Shown piece by piece: positions 10,434 to 20,627 of a DNA stretch of 56,691 nt. A model generated the notes under the pieces. It did no database searches, was not told where the DNA came from, and saw only the letters and a list, made by a program, of their open reading frames with translations. The number at the start of each line of letters is the position of its first letter. Position 1 is the first letter of the stretch. Source of the stretch: Methanobacteriaceae archaeon (GTDB taxonomy: Archaea > Methanobacteriota > Methanobacteria > Methanobacteriales > Methanobacteriaceae); assembly GCA_017883605.1 (NCBI GenBank), contig JADGNH010000001.1, positions 1-56,691 on the forward strand, in the 5' to 3' direction. Position numbers and translations under genes: made by a program.

Positions 10434-12299
10434 ATGGAGACTAAAAAATTCGTGTTATTGGACATAGACTACGTTACCGAGAATGATCAGGCAGTTATAA
10501 GATTATTCGGCAAACTTACTGGCGAAAACGGCGGCAAACACATAATAGCCATGGACCGGGACTTTAAACCCTATATCTACGTTCTTCCCTATGATGTGGG
10601 AGAGTGTATAGATGATTTGAACCAGCTTGAAGTTCGCAAAATTGAAAAAGTCCAAAAAAAAGATTTAGGACAGATGAAGGAGTTTTTGAAGGTCACCCTG
10701 AAACATCCCCAGAATGTACCTAAATTAAGGGAAAAGATCTGGGATTTGGAGTCTGTTGAGGAGGTAAGAGAACATGACATCCCCTTTTACAGGAGATACC
10801 TCATAGATAAAGGTATTTTTCCCATGGCTGAGGTGGAAGTGGAAGGAAAATGCACTTACAAAAATTCTAACACCATCTATTCAAAAAGAAATGCCCATTC
10901 GCCAGCAGGAACTACTGCTTCCCCAAAAAGGAATACTCCCCCTCCTAAAAAAACTAATCCTTCTCTAACTGAAAATGAAGTGTGCATCTTTGAGATGGAA
11001 GGCCCTCCTAAACCCCTTGAATCTGGATTTCCTGAACTTAAGATTTTGAGCTTTGACATTGAAGCCTGTAATCCCAAGGGAATGCCCCAGGAAAACGTAG
11101 ATCCAATCATTATGATCAGCTTCTCCAGTAATCAGGGTTTTAGTAAAGTGTTTTCCACCAAATCATCCTCTTTTGACTTTGTGGAAGTCCTGAAGGATGA
11201 GGAAGAATTGCTTAAAAAATTTGTGGAAACCGTTAAATCCGAGGACCCAGACCTTATAACCGGTTACAATTCAGACGTCTTCGACCTTTCCTACATAAGA
11301 GATAGGGCGGCCAAGTTGGGGGTATCCCTTGATCTGGGGGTGGACGGATCACAGCTTAAATTCATGAGGAGAGGTTTTGCCAATGCAGCGGTAATAAAAG
11401 GCCGGGTTCACGTTGATCTCTATCCTGCCATGCGCCGCTACCTGCAGCTTGACCGTTACACCCTGGAAAGGGTCTATCTGGAGCTCATGGGTGAGAAAAA
11501 AAAGGATATTCCCGGGGATGAGATCCACGCCTGTTGGGATGAAGGCGGGGAGAAACTGGAGATGCTCTTTGAATACTCCCTGGACGATGCTGTGGCCGTC
11601 ACCAAAATTGGAGAGAAGATGTTACCCCTTACTATGGAGCTCACCAGGATAGTGGGTCAACCCTTCTTTGATGTGGCCCGCATGGCCACCGGACAGTTGG
11701 TGGAGTGGTATCTCATCAGAAAAGCCTTCGAAGATAATGAAATAGTGCCCAACAAACCATCCTCATCCCAGCACTCCAAAAGAAGGGGAAAAAGTATAGT
11801 AGGGGGCTATGTAAAGGATCCGGTTAAGGGTTTACACGAAAATATAGTTTCATTTGACTTCAGAAGCCTCTATCCCAGCATAATAATCTCAAAAAACGTT
11901 TCACCTGACACTCTGGTGGAGGAATGTGATGAAGATAAATGTTACATCGCCCCGGAAGTGGGACATAAATTTTTAAAAGAACCGGTGGGCTTTGTACCCT
12001 CGGTAATCGGCAATGTCCTCCGGGAGAGGGTTCGGGTAAAGACACTGATGAAGGAATCAAAAGACCCCCGGGAACGCCAGATCCTGAACGTGCAGCAGGA
12101 GGCTCTTAAAAGACTGGCTAATTCCATGTACGGTGTTTATGGTTTCTCCAGATTCAGATGGTATAGTATAGAATGTGCAGATGCCATAACCGCATGGGGA
12201 AGGGATTTCATCAAAAATACCATGAAAAAAGCAGAGGATTTTGGTTTCAAACCGGTTTATGCCGATACCGATGGGTTTTATGCTGTTTATATAGGATAA
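10434..12299 (+). CDS. polB1: split family B DNA polymerase, large subunit PolB1
   Basis: Exo motifs FDIE and [24 protein letters not shown]; ends just after YADTDG, the split point known in Methanobacteriales. Confidence 0.93.
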   Translation: METKKFVLLDIDYVTENDQAVIRLFGKLTGENGGKHIIAMDRDFKPYIYVLPYDVGECIDDLNQLEVRKIEKVQKKDLGQMKEFLKVTLKHPQNVPKLREKIWDLESVEEVREHDIPFYRRYLIDKGIFPMAEVEVEGKCTYKNSNTIYSKRNAHSPAGTTASPKRNTPPPKKTNPSLTENEVCIFEMEGPPKPLESGFPELKILSFDIEACNPKGMPQENVDPIIMISFSSNQGFSKVFSTKSSSFDFVEVLKDEEELLKKFVETVKSEDPDLITGYNSDVFDLSYIRDRAAKLGVSLDLGVDGSQLKFMRRGFANAAVIKGRVHVDLYPAMRRYLQLDRYTLERVYLELMGEKKKDIPGDEIHACWDEGGEKLEMLFEYSLDDAVAVTKIGEKMLPLTMELTRIVGQPFFDVARMATGQLVEWYLIRKAFEDNEIVPNKPSSSQHSKRRGKSIVGGYVKDPVKGLHENIVSFDFRSLYPSIIISKNVSPDTLVEECDEDKCYIAPEVGHKFLKEPVGFVPSVIGNVLRERVRVKTLMKESKDPRERQILNVQQEALKRLANSMYGVYGFSRFRWYSIECADAITAWGRDFIKNTMKKAEDFGFKPVYADTDGFYAVYIG

Positions 12300-12500
12300 A
12301 CACGCCATGAGATAGATTCCGAGTAAGATCTGATGTAAATTCTAAGTAAAGATCTGATGTAAAAATTTCTAAAGTAATTTCCAAGTAAACAGCTCAAAAT
12401 ATCCAAGTAAAAAGAGCCAAATAAATAACACCCCACTCACTTGGATACAGGAATAAAATATTCAGGAATTTAAATTATTAAATACCAAATTGGTGTCTAA

Positions 12501-13658
12501 ATGTTCCACATTGCCGAAGAAAAAGAAATTCTGGAGGGTAAAATAACTGATGTTTATTTTGACCGGACCCTTCAAATCTTGAAAAACAAAAAGATTAATC
12601 CCAAAGTGAAAGCGGAGTTTGTTGCGAAAAATTTACCTGGAGAATGGTTCTGGGCTGTTTTATCCGGTATAGAAGAGGTTATGTGCATCCTAAAAGAGCT
12701 GCCGGTGAAGGTGAGAGCTATGAGTGAGGGTACCGTTTTCTACCCTAACCAGCCGGTGCTGGAGATAGAGGGAAATTACCAGGATTTCTGTGTTTATGAA
12801 ACCGCCATCTTGGGACTTTTATGTCAGGCCAGTGGAATTGCCACCAAAGCCGCCCGCTATAAAAAGCTGGCCGGAGACCGTCTGGTGATGAGCTTTGGGG
12901 CCCGGCGGATGCATCCGGTTATTGCACCCATGATCGAGAGAAACGCTTATATTGGTGGTTGTGACGGTGTATCCGTAACTAAAAGTGGAGATATTATAGG
13001 AGAAGACCCTTTAGGAACCATTCCCCACGCGCTGATTATCTGCATCGGTTCCGCCGTAGACTCTATAAAGGCCTTTGACCAGGTGATGGAACCTGGAATC
13101 AATCGGGTGGCGCTTATTGACACCTTTCTCGATGAAAAATTCGAGTGCCTGAACGTGGCTGAAGCAATGGGGGACAAGCTCTACGCAGTACGTTTCGATA
13201 CCCCAGCTTCCAGAAGGGGAGATTTCTACCACATACTCCGAGAATCAAGGTGGGAATTAGATTTAAGAGGTTTTGAAGAGGTTAAGATTTTTGTTAGCGG
13301 AGGGATTAAAGAAAAGGAACTGCCCCAGCTTAACTCACTGGTGGATGGATATGGAATCGGGACCGCCATCAGTAATGCCCCGGTGGTGGACTTCTCCATG
13401 GACATAGTTGAGGTGGATGGGAAACCATTAGCTAAAAGAGGCAAATGTTCCGGGTCAAAAAAAGTTCTCAGATGCCCTGAGTGCCATAAAGACCTAATTT
13501 TACCTTTTGAAAAAGAAATTGAAACTTGTGAATGTGGTGGAAAATACAAAAATTTGCTTTATACCTTTATAGCGGACGGTAAAGTTCTCCAGGAACTGCC
13601 CACCCCGAGGAAAATCAGGGAATACGTGATAGACCAGTTGAAAGAACTGCCTGATTAG
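12501..13658 (+). CDS. pncB: nicotinate phosphoribosyltransferase
   Basis: TDVYF, SFGARRMHP, GTIPHA, VRFDTP, SGG; C-terminal Zn knuckle. Confidence 0.9.
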   Translation: MFHIAEEKEILEGKITDVYFDRTLQILKNKKINPKVKAEFVAKNLPGEWFWAVLSGIEEVMCILKELPVKVRAMSEGTVFYPNQPVLEIEGNYQDFCVYETAILGLLCQASGIATKAARYKKLAGDRLVMSFGARRMHPVIAPMIERNAYIGGCDGVSVTKSGDIIGEDPLGTIPHALIICIGSAVDSIKAFDQVMEPGINRVALIDTFLDEKFECLNVAEAMGDKLYAVRFDTPASRRGDFYHILRESRWELDLRGFEEVKIFVSGGIKEKELPQLNSLVDGYGIGTAISNAPVVDFSMDIVEVDGKPLAKRGKCSGSKKVLRCPECHKDLILPFEKEIETCECGGKYKNLLYTFIADGKVLQELPTPRKIREYVIDQLKELPD

Positions 13659-13851
13659 AGTGCTTATAGTAGAAGTGAATTATGATGGAAGACATCTATT
13701 ATCAAAATTTCCATCTCAGGATAGTTCTTTTACCTAACATAGTCTTTTATCCCTCTATGTAAGGGAACCTACATTTTGGAACTAACGAATAATTTTAACG
13801 AAATTTATCAATAATTTAACAAACTTAATGAATAATTAAATGTGAGTTCAA

Positions 13852-14826
13852 ATGGAACCGTGGCAAAAACTGTTAAAAGTAGATCCAGTACCAAAACTTC
13901 TTTCCTCTGGAAATATGGCCCTAGAATATTTCACCAGACGCGACCTGTTAGCTGAAAGTGCAGAACCAGTAAAAACCTTATGGAAACTGCCCGAAGTGGT
14001 AAAAATTCTTAAAAAGCAACAGGAAGATGGATCATGGAAGTATCCAGGTCGCATCAGGAAAGATTTACGATCTAGAGAAGATTATAACCAGTTAGAGACT
14101 TACCGAATGTTGGGAGAACTGGTGGAAAAATATGGTTTAAACCATGAGCAGCCACAAATAAAAAAGGCCGCAGATTACCTGTTTAGCTGCCAAACCAATG
14201 CAGGTGATTTCAGGGGGATTTATGGTGCTCAATATGCAACCACCTATTCTCCAGCCATCGCGGAAATTCTAATAAAAGCGGGCTACATAGATGATTCCCG
14301 CATATATAAAGGGTTTAAATGGATCCTTTCCATGAGACAGGACGATGGCGGTTGGGTTATCCCCTTCAGGACTTCCAACAAAAATATACACGATGCTTTA
14401 AAGGAATCGGTTCCCATGGAACCTGATAAGTCAAAACCTTTCTCTCATCTGGTAACTGGAATGGTTTTAAGGGCATTTGCTGCCCATCCCCAATATCAAG
14501 AATCAAAGGAGGCAAAAAAAGCCGGGGATTTGTTAACCTCGCGGTTTTTCAACCCAGATAAATATCCAGATAGACGAGATAAAAAATACTGGGAAAGGGT
14601 TTCATTTCCCTTCTGGTTCACGGACATCATTTCTGCCCTGGATTCTCTCTACTTTTTAGGTTTCAGAAGGGATAATTCCAAAATAGAGGAAGGCCTGAAC
14701 TGGCTGAAAAGTAGACAAAATAAAGACGGGCTTTTCGACCTGAAACTTGTAAGGGGAAGGGATAAAAACCTTAAATACTGGATATGTCTGGCTGTGTGCC
14801 GGTTGTTTGAGAGATACTACCATTAA
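13852..14826 (+). CDS. prenyltransferase/squalene cyclase repeat (alpha-alpha barrel) protein
   Basis: QW-like repeats QQEDGSW, QTNAGDF, RQDDGGW, RQNKDGLF. Confidence 0.75.
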   Translation: MEPWQKLLKVDPVPKLLSSGNMALEYFTRRDLLAESAEPVKTLWKLPEVVKILKKQQEDGSWKYPGRIRKDLRSREDYNQLETYRMLGELVEKYGLNHEQPQIKKAADYLFSCQTNAGDFRGIYGAQYATTYSPAIAEILIKAGYIDDSRIYKGFKWILSMRQDDGGWVIPFRTSNKNIHDALKESVPMEPDKSKPFSHLVTGMVLRAFAAHPQYQESKEAKKAGDLLTSRFFNPDKYPDRRDKKYWERVSFPFWFTDIISALDSLYFLGFRRDNSKIEEGLNWLKSRQNKDGLFDLKLVRGRDKNLKYWICLAVCRLFERYYH

Positions 14827-14904
14827 ACGCCTTTATTAGCCCAAGATAAATTTTAAAATAAACCATTTTGTAAAACAAAACAAACCCCAATTTGGAGAAA
14901 TAAA

Positions 14905-15585
14905 ATGTCAAATAAAATATTAAAAGAAAAATTTGACCAGAATGCCGGGATATACGACCGGCAGCGGCAGTGGGTAATTCCCTGCCTGGATGACCTTTAC
15001 ACCATAATGACAGATTTAGCTCGCAGCGAAGTTCCAGGGCCGAAGATACTGGATATGGGGGCAGGGACCGGGTTGCTTACCCAGTATCTTTATAAAAAAT
15101 ATGAAAGGGCGGAATTTACCCTGATAGACCTTTCAGATGAGATGCTGAATATTGCCCGGCAGAGATTTAAAGGTAAGTCAAACTTTAGCTACATAACTGG
15201 TGACTATGTTAAATACGATTTCCAAGATAAATTTGACATAATAACCTCATCACTCTCCATACACCACCTGAAGGATCAGGACAAAGAATTTTTATACAGT
15301 AAGATATATGAAAACCTGAATAAAGGAGGTATTTTCCTGAATGCTGACCAGGTTCTGGCCCCAAGCCCCAGTAACGAGTTAGAATATCAGAGAAACTGGC
15401 GGGAGAAGATAGAAGACGGTTCACTGGAAGAACCGGATAAAATCTCCATTCTGGAGAGAATGAAACTTGACAAACCGGCAAAGTTAAAATATAACCTGAA
15501 ATGGCTGGAAAAAAGTGGTTTTAAGGATGTTGACGTCTTTTATAAGTACTACAATTTCTGCGTGCTCTACGGGAAAAAGAGATGA
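14905..15585 (+). CDS. class I SAM-dependent methyltransferase
   Basis: [28 protein letters not shown]. Confidence 0.9.
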   Translation: MSNKILKEKFDQNAGIYDRQRQWVIPCLDDLYTIMTDLARSEVPGPKILDMGAGTGLLTQYLYKKYERAEFTLIDLSDEMLNIARQRFKGKSNFSYITGDYVKYDFQDKFDIITSSLSIHHLKDQDKEFLYSKIYENLNKGGIFLNADQVLAPSPSNELEYQRNWREKIEDGSLEEPDKISILERMKLDKPAKLKYNLKWLEKSGFKDVDVFYKYYNFCVLYGKKR

Positions 15586-15689
15586 AATGATTTTTTTAAG
15601 GTTTTTTATAACTATAAAATGATTTTAAAATGAATATAACAGTTTTAAAAGTATGTAAAAATTTTTGAAATATACATGAGGATTTTAAA

Positions 15690-16394
15690 ATGCTTCTTGA
15701 TGGAAAAATAGATAAATCTGCCAGGAAACATGGCGCAGATTTTGTGGGAGTGGCAGATCTCTCCTCGGCCCATGATTTTATCCAGGAACAGGGCGGAAAA
15801 TTTGTAGCAGAATATCCCCGGGCCATATCTATCGGTATTCAACTTTTAGATAGTATTGTGGACCAGTTGCCCCACAGTTTTGAACGGTCAGTGGCGGTCA
15901 GCTACAAACATCATGCCTATGATATCATTAACTTGCGGCTTGATCTCATCACATCTCGTTTAAGCAGTTTGCTACAGAAAAAGGGTTACAAAGCATTTCC
16001 GGTGCCAGCATCGGAACGTTTCGATGATGAACGCATCTGTGCAGTCTTTTCACATAAGCTGGCGGCCCATCTGGCTGGTCTGGGATGGATCGGGAAAAGC
16101 TGCCTGCTGATAACGCAGGAAGCAGGGCCAAGGGTGCGCTGGGCTACAGTACTAACTGACGCTCCTTTGAAAGTCACCGGACAACCCTCACCAAATAGTT
16201 GCGGTAAATGTACTGATTGTGTTGATATCTGCCCGGTTTCAGCCTTCACTGGTCAGGCTTTTAGAGAAGAAGATTCACGTGATGTACGTTACGATGCCCG
16301 TAAGTGTGAAAAATATTTAGAAGACCTGGAAAAACTGACTGGTCTGGGTGTTTGCGGTTTATGTATCTACGTCTGTCCCCATGGAATAAAATAA
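15690..16394 (+). CDS. QueG/reductive-dehalogenase-like double 4Fe-4S protein
   Basis: [36 protein letters not shown]. Confidence 0.85.
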   Translation: MLLDGKIDKSARKHGADFVGVADLSSAHDFIQEQGGKFVAEYPRAISIGIQLLDSIVDQLPHSFERSVAVSYKHHAYDIINLRLDLITSRLSSLLQKKGYKAFPVPASERFDDERICAVFSHKLAAHLAGLGWIGKSCLLITQEAGPRVRWATVLTDAPLKVTGQPSPNSCGKCTDCVDICPVSAFTGQAFREEDSRDVRYDARKCEKYLEDLEKLTGLGVCGLCIYVCPHGIK

Positions 16395-16490
16395 ACGATT
16401 TATATTAATTAATAGGGTAAAATTTTATATTAATAGATGGTAAAATAATTAGGAAAAAATAGAAAGATAATTTATCGCGTTTTATGTTAA

Positions 16491-17003
16491 TTATTGGTAT
16501 TTTTCATGGAAAACAATGTCATTTAAATCTTTCCGCGGTCTTTGATCCGGATTTTCATCTGCGTATCCTAAAGTAAACATTGCTGGCACTCTGATATCTC
16601 CAGGAATATCCAGAACTTCTTTAACTTTTCCTTCATCAAAGGCACCCAGCCAGCAGGTCCCAAGACCGAGTTCTGTGGCCTCCAGTATCATAAATGAAAC
16701 TGCAATAGATAGATCAACGGTGTAAGCATACTGTCCGCAGGGCATGACCCTTTCCGATTCTGTTGAACATGCCGCGATGGTGACTGGTGCCTCTCCTACC
16801 AATTTCTGCCCATAAGAAGCCTCTACAAGGTTCTGTCTGGTTTCAGCATCTTTAACCACGATGAATTTCCATTCCTGTCTGTTAGCTGCCGATGGTGCAA
16901 TTCTGGCTGATTCTAATATTTTTTGGAGTTTTTCATCCTCTACTTCCGCGCTTTTGTACTTCCGAATGCTTCTCCTCTTGGATATTGCTTCAAAAACGTC
17001 CAT
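16491..17003 (-). CDS. nitroreductase family protein
   Basis: [23 protein letters not shown]. Confidence 0.92.
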   Translation of the reverse strand: MDVFEAISKRRSIRKYKSAEVEDEKLQKILESARIAPSAANRQEWKFIVVKDAETRQNLVEASYGQKLVGEAPVTIAACSTESERVMPCGQYAYTVDLSIAVSFMILEATELGLGTCWLGAFDEGKVKEVLDIPGDIRVPAMFTLGYADENPDQRPRKDLNDIVFHEKYQ

Positions 17004-17127
17004 TATATCCCTCCTAAAATAAATATTTTATTTATTGGATTTTTATTGGAATCAAATGCAAAATTATTGGAATCAGTAAAAATAATGAAAAATAAAAAAG
17101 AAAAAAAGTTAAATAAGCCTGAATTTA

Positions 17128-17220
17128 TTATTCTGCGTCCATCATTTCGCCGTATTCAACTTCTATTTCACAGCCTTTAGGACCGCAACAGAAATGTTGT
17201 AAATCAAATTTTGCCTGCAT
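17128..17220 (-). CDS. 30-aa Cys-rich micropeptide
   Basis: GAGGTG RBS, ATG, MQAKFDLQHFCCGPKGCEIEVEYGEMMDAE, TAA TAA, then T tracts. Confidence 0.7.
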   Translation of the reverse strand: MQAKFDLQHFCCGPKGCEIEVEYGEMMDAE

Positions 17221-17310
17221 TTTTTCACCTCGATTAGTCTTAAAAATTATTAGTCTTACAATATACAAAAGTTACTATTAGTATTTAAAGTAGGTACTAA
17301 CAGATACCAT

Positions 17311-17373
17311 ATATACTCACAATTATTATATATACTCACAATTATTATATATACTCACAATTATTATATATAC
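17311..17373. repeat. 21-bp tandem repeat, about 3 copies
   Basis: ATATACTCACAATTATTATAT repeated in the divergent promoter. Confidence 0.9.
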
Positions 17374-17456
17374 CTACCTAAAGTATACTTAATATCATAG
17401 ACTATATAAATGAAAAAATAATTATAAAGAAATAATTAGAATTTAATGGTGATGAG

Positions 17457-17801
17457 ATGGTGAAAAAAGGGGAAAATGGGGAATATATCTGCTCTGTAGA
17501 AGCTGCCATTAATGAAATAGGCGGAAAATGGAAAGCGCTGATATTATGCACTTTAAAAGAGGGAAAATTAAGATTTAACGAAATTAACAAAAAATTACCT
17601 GAGATAACACAGAGAATGCTTACCAAAACCCTTCGACAGTTGGAAAAAGACGGAATCATCAAAAGAAAAGTCTATGCGGAAGTACCTCCCCGGGTTGAAT
17701 ATTCGCTTACACCCAAGGGTGAATCCGTGCTGCCCATTTTAGATTCTCTCTGCCAGTGGGGAAAAGAATATTGTGAGGACGATGAAAATTTGGAGAAATA
17801 G
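17457..17801 (+). CDS. HxlR (MarR/DUF24) family regulator
   Basis: [30 protein letters not shown]. Confidence 0.93.
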   Translation: MVKKGENGEYICSVEAAINEIGGKWKALILCTLKEGKLRFNEINKKLPEITQRMLTKTLRQLEKDGIIKRKVYAEVPPRVEYSLTPKGESVLPILDSLCQWGKEYCEDDENLEK

Positions 17802-17874
17802 ATTGATATTTTAAAAATAAACTTATTTAGAAAATAAACTGATACAAAATTTCAAATAGTATAATTATTTATTT

Positions 17875-18639
17875 TTAAGATTTAACTTGTTTTAAAATAG
17901 TAGCAGCAAAAACACCCGCTCCAAATCCGTTATCAATATTAACCACCGCTATCCCCGGAGCACAAGACTGCAGCATGGCATTTAAAGCGGCGAATCCACC
18001 CTCTCCAACACCATATCCCACCGAGGTGGGCACTCCAATAACTGGAACGTCTACCAATCCTGCTACTACCGATGGCAAAGCTCCTTCCATCCCAGCCACC
18101 ACGATAAATACTTTAACATCTTCCTCCAACATTTCCCTGATCTGGGAGAACAATCTGTGGATTCCGGCCACCCCCACATCATAGGCCGCTATAACCTTCG
18201 AGCCAGCCTCCTCAGCCACCACCCGGGCCTCTTCTGCCACAGGTATGTCGGAGGTGCCGGCGGTGATCACCCCAATCTTACCCATCTTCTCTACTTCATG
18301 ATTTTTAACCACCAGAATTCTTGCTTTCTGGTTGTATTCTATTTTAAATCCATCCATAACCAGGTGTTCCAGAGATTCTCTGATGGATTGGTATCTTTCC
18401 TTATCCAGCCGGGTAACCATGATCCGCCCATTATCAGCACATCCCAGTATGATATCAATTAGTTCCTGGTCTTCCTTTCCCTCGGCAAAGACAGCCTCAG
18501 GCACCCCGGTCCTGACATCCCTACCAATATCCATCTTTGCAAAATCCTCCAATTCCCGGATTTGCATGGTTTTCAGCTTTTTTTCAGCTTCTTCAAGGGA
18601 TATTTTCCCTTCCCTAACTTTTTGAAGAATCTCTTTCAT
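17875..18639 (-). CDS. larB: nickel pincer cofactor biosynthesis protein LarB
   Basis: [41 protein letters not shown]. Confidence 0.92.
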   Translation of the reverse strand: MKEILQKVREGKISLEEAEKKLKTMQIRELEDFAKMDIGRDVRTGVPEAVFAEGKEDQELIDIILGCADNGRIMVTRLDKERYQSIRESLEHLVMDGFKIEYNQKARILVVKNHEVEKMGKIGVITAGTSDIPVAEEARVVAEEAGSKVIAAYDVGVAGIHRLFSQIREMLEEDVKVFIVVAGMEGALPSVVAGLVDVPVIGVPTSVGYGVGEGGFAALNAMLQSCAPGIAVVNIDNGFGAGVFAATILKQVKS

Positions 18640-18950
18640 GGTTACACTGCCCCTACCTTACTTATATATAAGATCGGAATGTTAAAAAGAATTGGATATG
18701 ATCATAAATATCTGCGAACTATGCATATTATTAAAAAACCGAGTTATCTTTATAGTGTGAATCATCCTATTCTTGGTTATTTTCTGATGATCTCCTCTAA
18801 TTTAGTTATATCGGAAAATACGAAGAAGTTTATGACTTCAAGTATTAAGAACTGCTTAGGGAATTAGTTATCAATGGAAAAGTTTAGTTTTGTTTGCCGT
18901 GGGTGGACAACTTCCGGTGCATGAAAATTTGTTTTCTTTCTCGAAAAACA

Positions 18951-20180
18951 TTATACCCTGTTTTCTTTCAGCTCGAAGTAGTTCAGCTGGTCCTGGATAA
19001 CATCACTGAGACTGTATTTGATCTTTCCACCAATTTTCTGGATTTTTTGATTATCAGCAAGTATCAGGGGGACTTCTGCTGGTCTGAAACGGTCCGGGTT
19101 GAACTCGATGACCAGATTTCCCTGGTCCGTGTTAACGTTGATACCCTTATCCTGAATGGTGTATTCCAATCCTTCTTCCAGCATTATCTGGTCTATCCTG
19201 GTTTTATCAAAGTTAACACCAAAAACAGGGTCATTGTTTATCTCTGCCGGGTTGAAAACAGTTTTACCACCATTTATGGTTTCGATGCTGTTGATGTTCC
19301 AGCCCGCCTTCTCCAGGCCCAGTAATATGTAGCTGAGAACGGAATTGGTTCTCATGGATCCCTGGTTATATGCCTCTCCACTTTTACCCTTTTCTGCCAG
19401 TAGGAGGTATCCTTGGATGATATCAGTTACATGGGACCAGTCACGGAAGGCGTTGATGTTTCCTATGAGGATACGGTCTGCTTCCCCGTTTTTCAGTTTC
19501 ATGATCTGGTTGGTGATGACCGAAGTTACGAACATTATTCCCCTTCCAGCACCTTCATGGTTAAATGCCCGGGACACCACGGTATCCATGCCAAAGGAAT
19601 GATGATAGTTCTGCATCAGGTGATCTCCGTAGACCTTGGACACTGCATATGGCGACATTGGTCTCAAGGGGTTGGATTCCTTGACTGGTAATTCAGGTAT
19701 TGTCTCTGGTTCTGGGAAGATGGTTTTGTTTTCTTTCAGTGCATGCTGGTACTGTTCCTCTGAGGATATTACCATACCGTATTCTTCACTGGAGCCAGCG
19801 AATACGATCTTGGTATCCAGATCCTTGATGCGTATGGCTTCTAATAGGTTGGCAGTTCCAATACAGTTAATTTGTTGTGTCTCCAGTGGACGGCGGAAGG
19901 AAAGTTCCACAGAGGACTGGGCTGCCAAGTGGAAAAGATAGTCTGGCTGGGAGGTGTCAAGGGCATTGGCCAATGAGGTTATGTCGGTGAGATCTCCTTC
20001 CAACATCAACAACTTATCCTCAATTCCCTTGTCTATCAGGTTTTTCTCCATTGTCACCATATCCTCAGGCCGGATGAACCCATATACATTTGCACCATCA
20101 TCTAAAAGTTCTTTTGCCAAGTAAGAGCCAACAAATCCGTTTGCCCCGGTTATCAGGACATTTTTTCCATTACAGTTCAT
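18951..20180 (-). CDS. gmd: GDP-mannose 4,6-dehydratase family protein
   Basis: GANGFVG, HLAAQS, SSEEYG, SPYAVSK, FNHEG, RDWSH, RFRPAEV. Confidence 0.85.
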   Translation of the reverse strand: MNCNGKNVLITGANGFVGSYLAKELLDDGANVYGFIRPEDMVTMEKNLIDKGIEDKLLMLEGDLTDITSLANALDTSQPDYLFHLAAQSSVELSFRRPLETQQINCIGTANLLEAIRIKDLDTKIVFAGSSEEYGMVISSEEQYQHALKENKTIFPEPETIPELPVKESNPLRPMSPYAVSKVYGDHLMQNYHHSFGMDTVVSRAFNHEGAGRGIMFVTSVITNQIMKLKNGEADRILIGNINAFRDWSHVTDIIQGYLLLAEKGKSGEAYNQGSMRTNSVLSYILLGLEKAGWNINSIETINGGKTVFNPAEINNDPVFGVNFDKTRIDQIMLEEGLEYTIQDKGINVNTDQGNLVIEFNPDRFRPAEVPLILADNQKIQKIGGKIKYSLSDVIQDQLNYFELKENRV

Positions 20181-20627
20181 AGTATCTTCCACATAATCAG
20201 TTATATGCAAATTAAATAATTTCTTTGTATTGTGGGATAATTTTAATTTATTTATCCTAATTATAAATTATTTTATAAATTTATAAAATCTGCTAATTCA
20301 TTTAATGTTTGAATAAGGATTATCTTAAACTTTTAATATTTGAATAGTCATTAATTTAATCTATTAATCCATTAAAACGATTCTAATCAGAGTTTACAAA
20401 CAAGGTTAATTTTATGTCCTTGTAGTAATTTATGTATTACAAACTATAAAAAAAATTCATAAAACAGTGCAAATAAAAGAAATTCATAAAAGATGATCTT
20501 AAAAACAAAGATGATCTTAAAAAAACTACAAATAGAATTATAAAAAATGTATAAACTAATAAGTAAAATAAATAAGTTTCATCTCATTTTAAAAATAGAT
20601 TTTAGATTAAATATCTGAGGTATCACG

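Noticed and set aside
12280..12420. polB truncation as a pseudogene or intein scar
   Set aside because: The stop matches the natural split of methanobacterial PolB, and no polymerase continuation is visible downstream.
18680..18930. Protein-like fragments between larB and gmd
   Set aside because: Multiple stops and no recognizable family.
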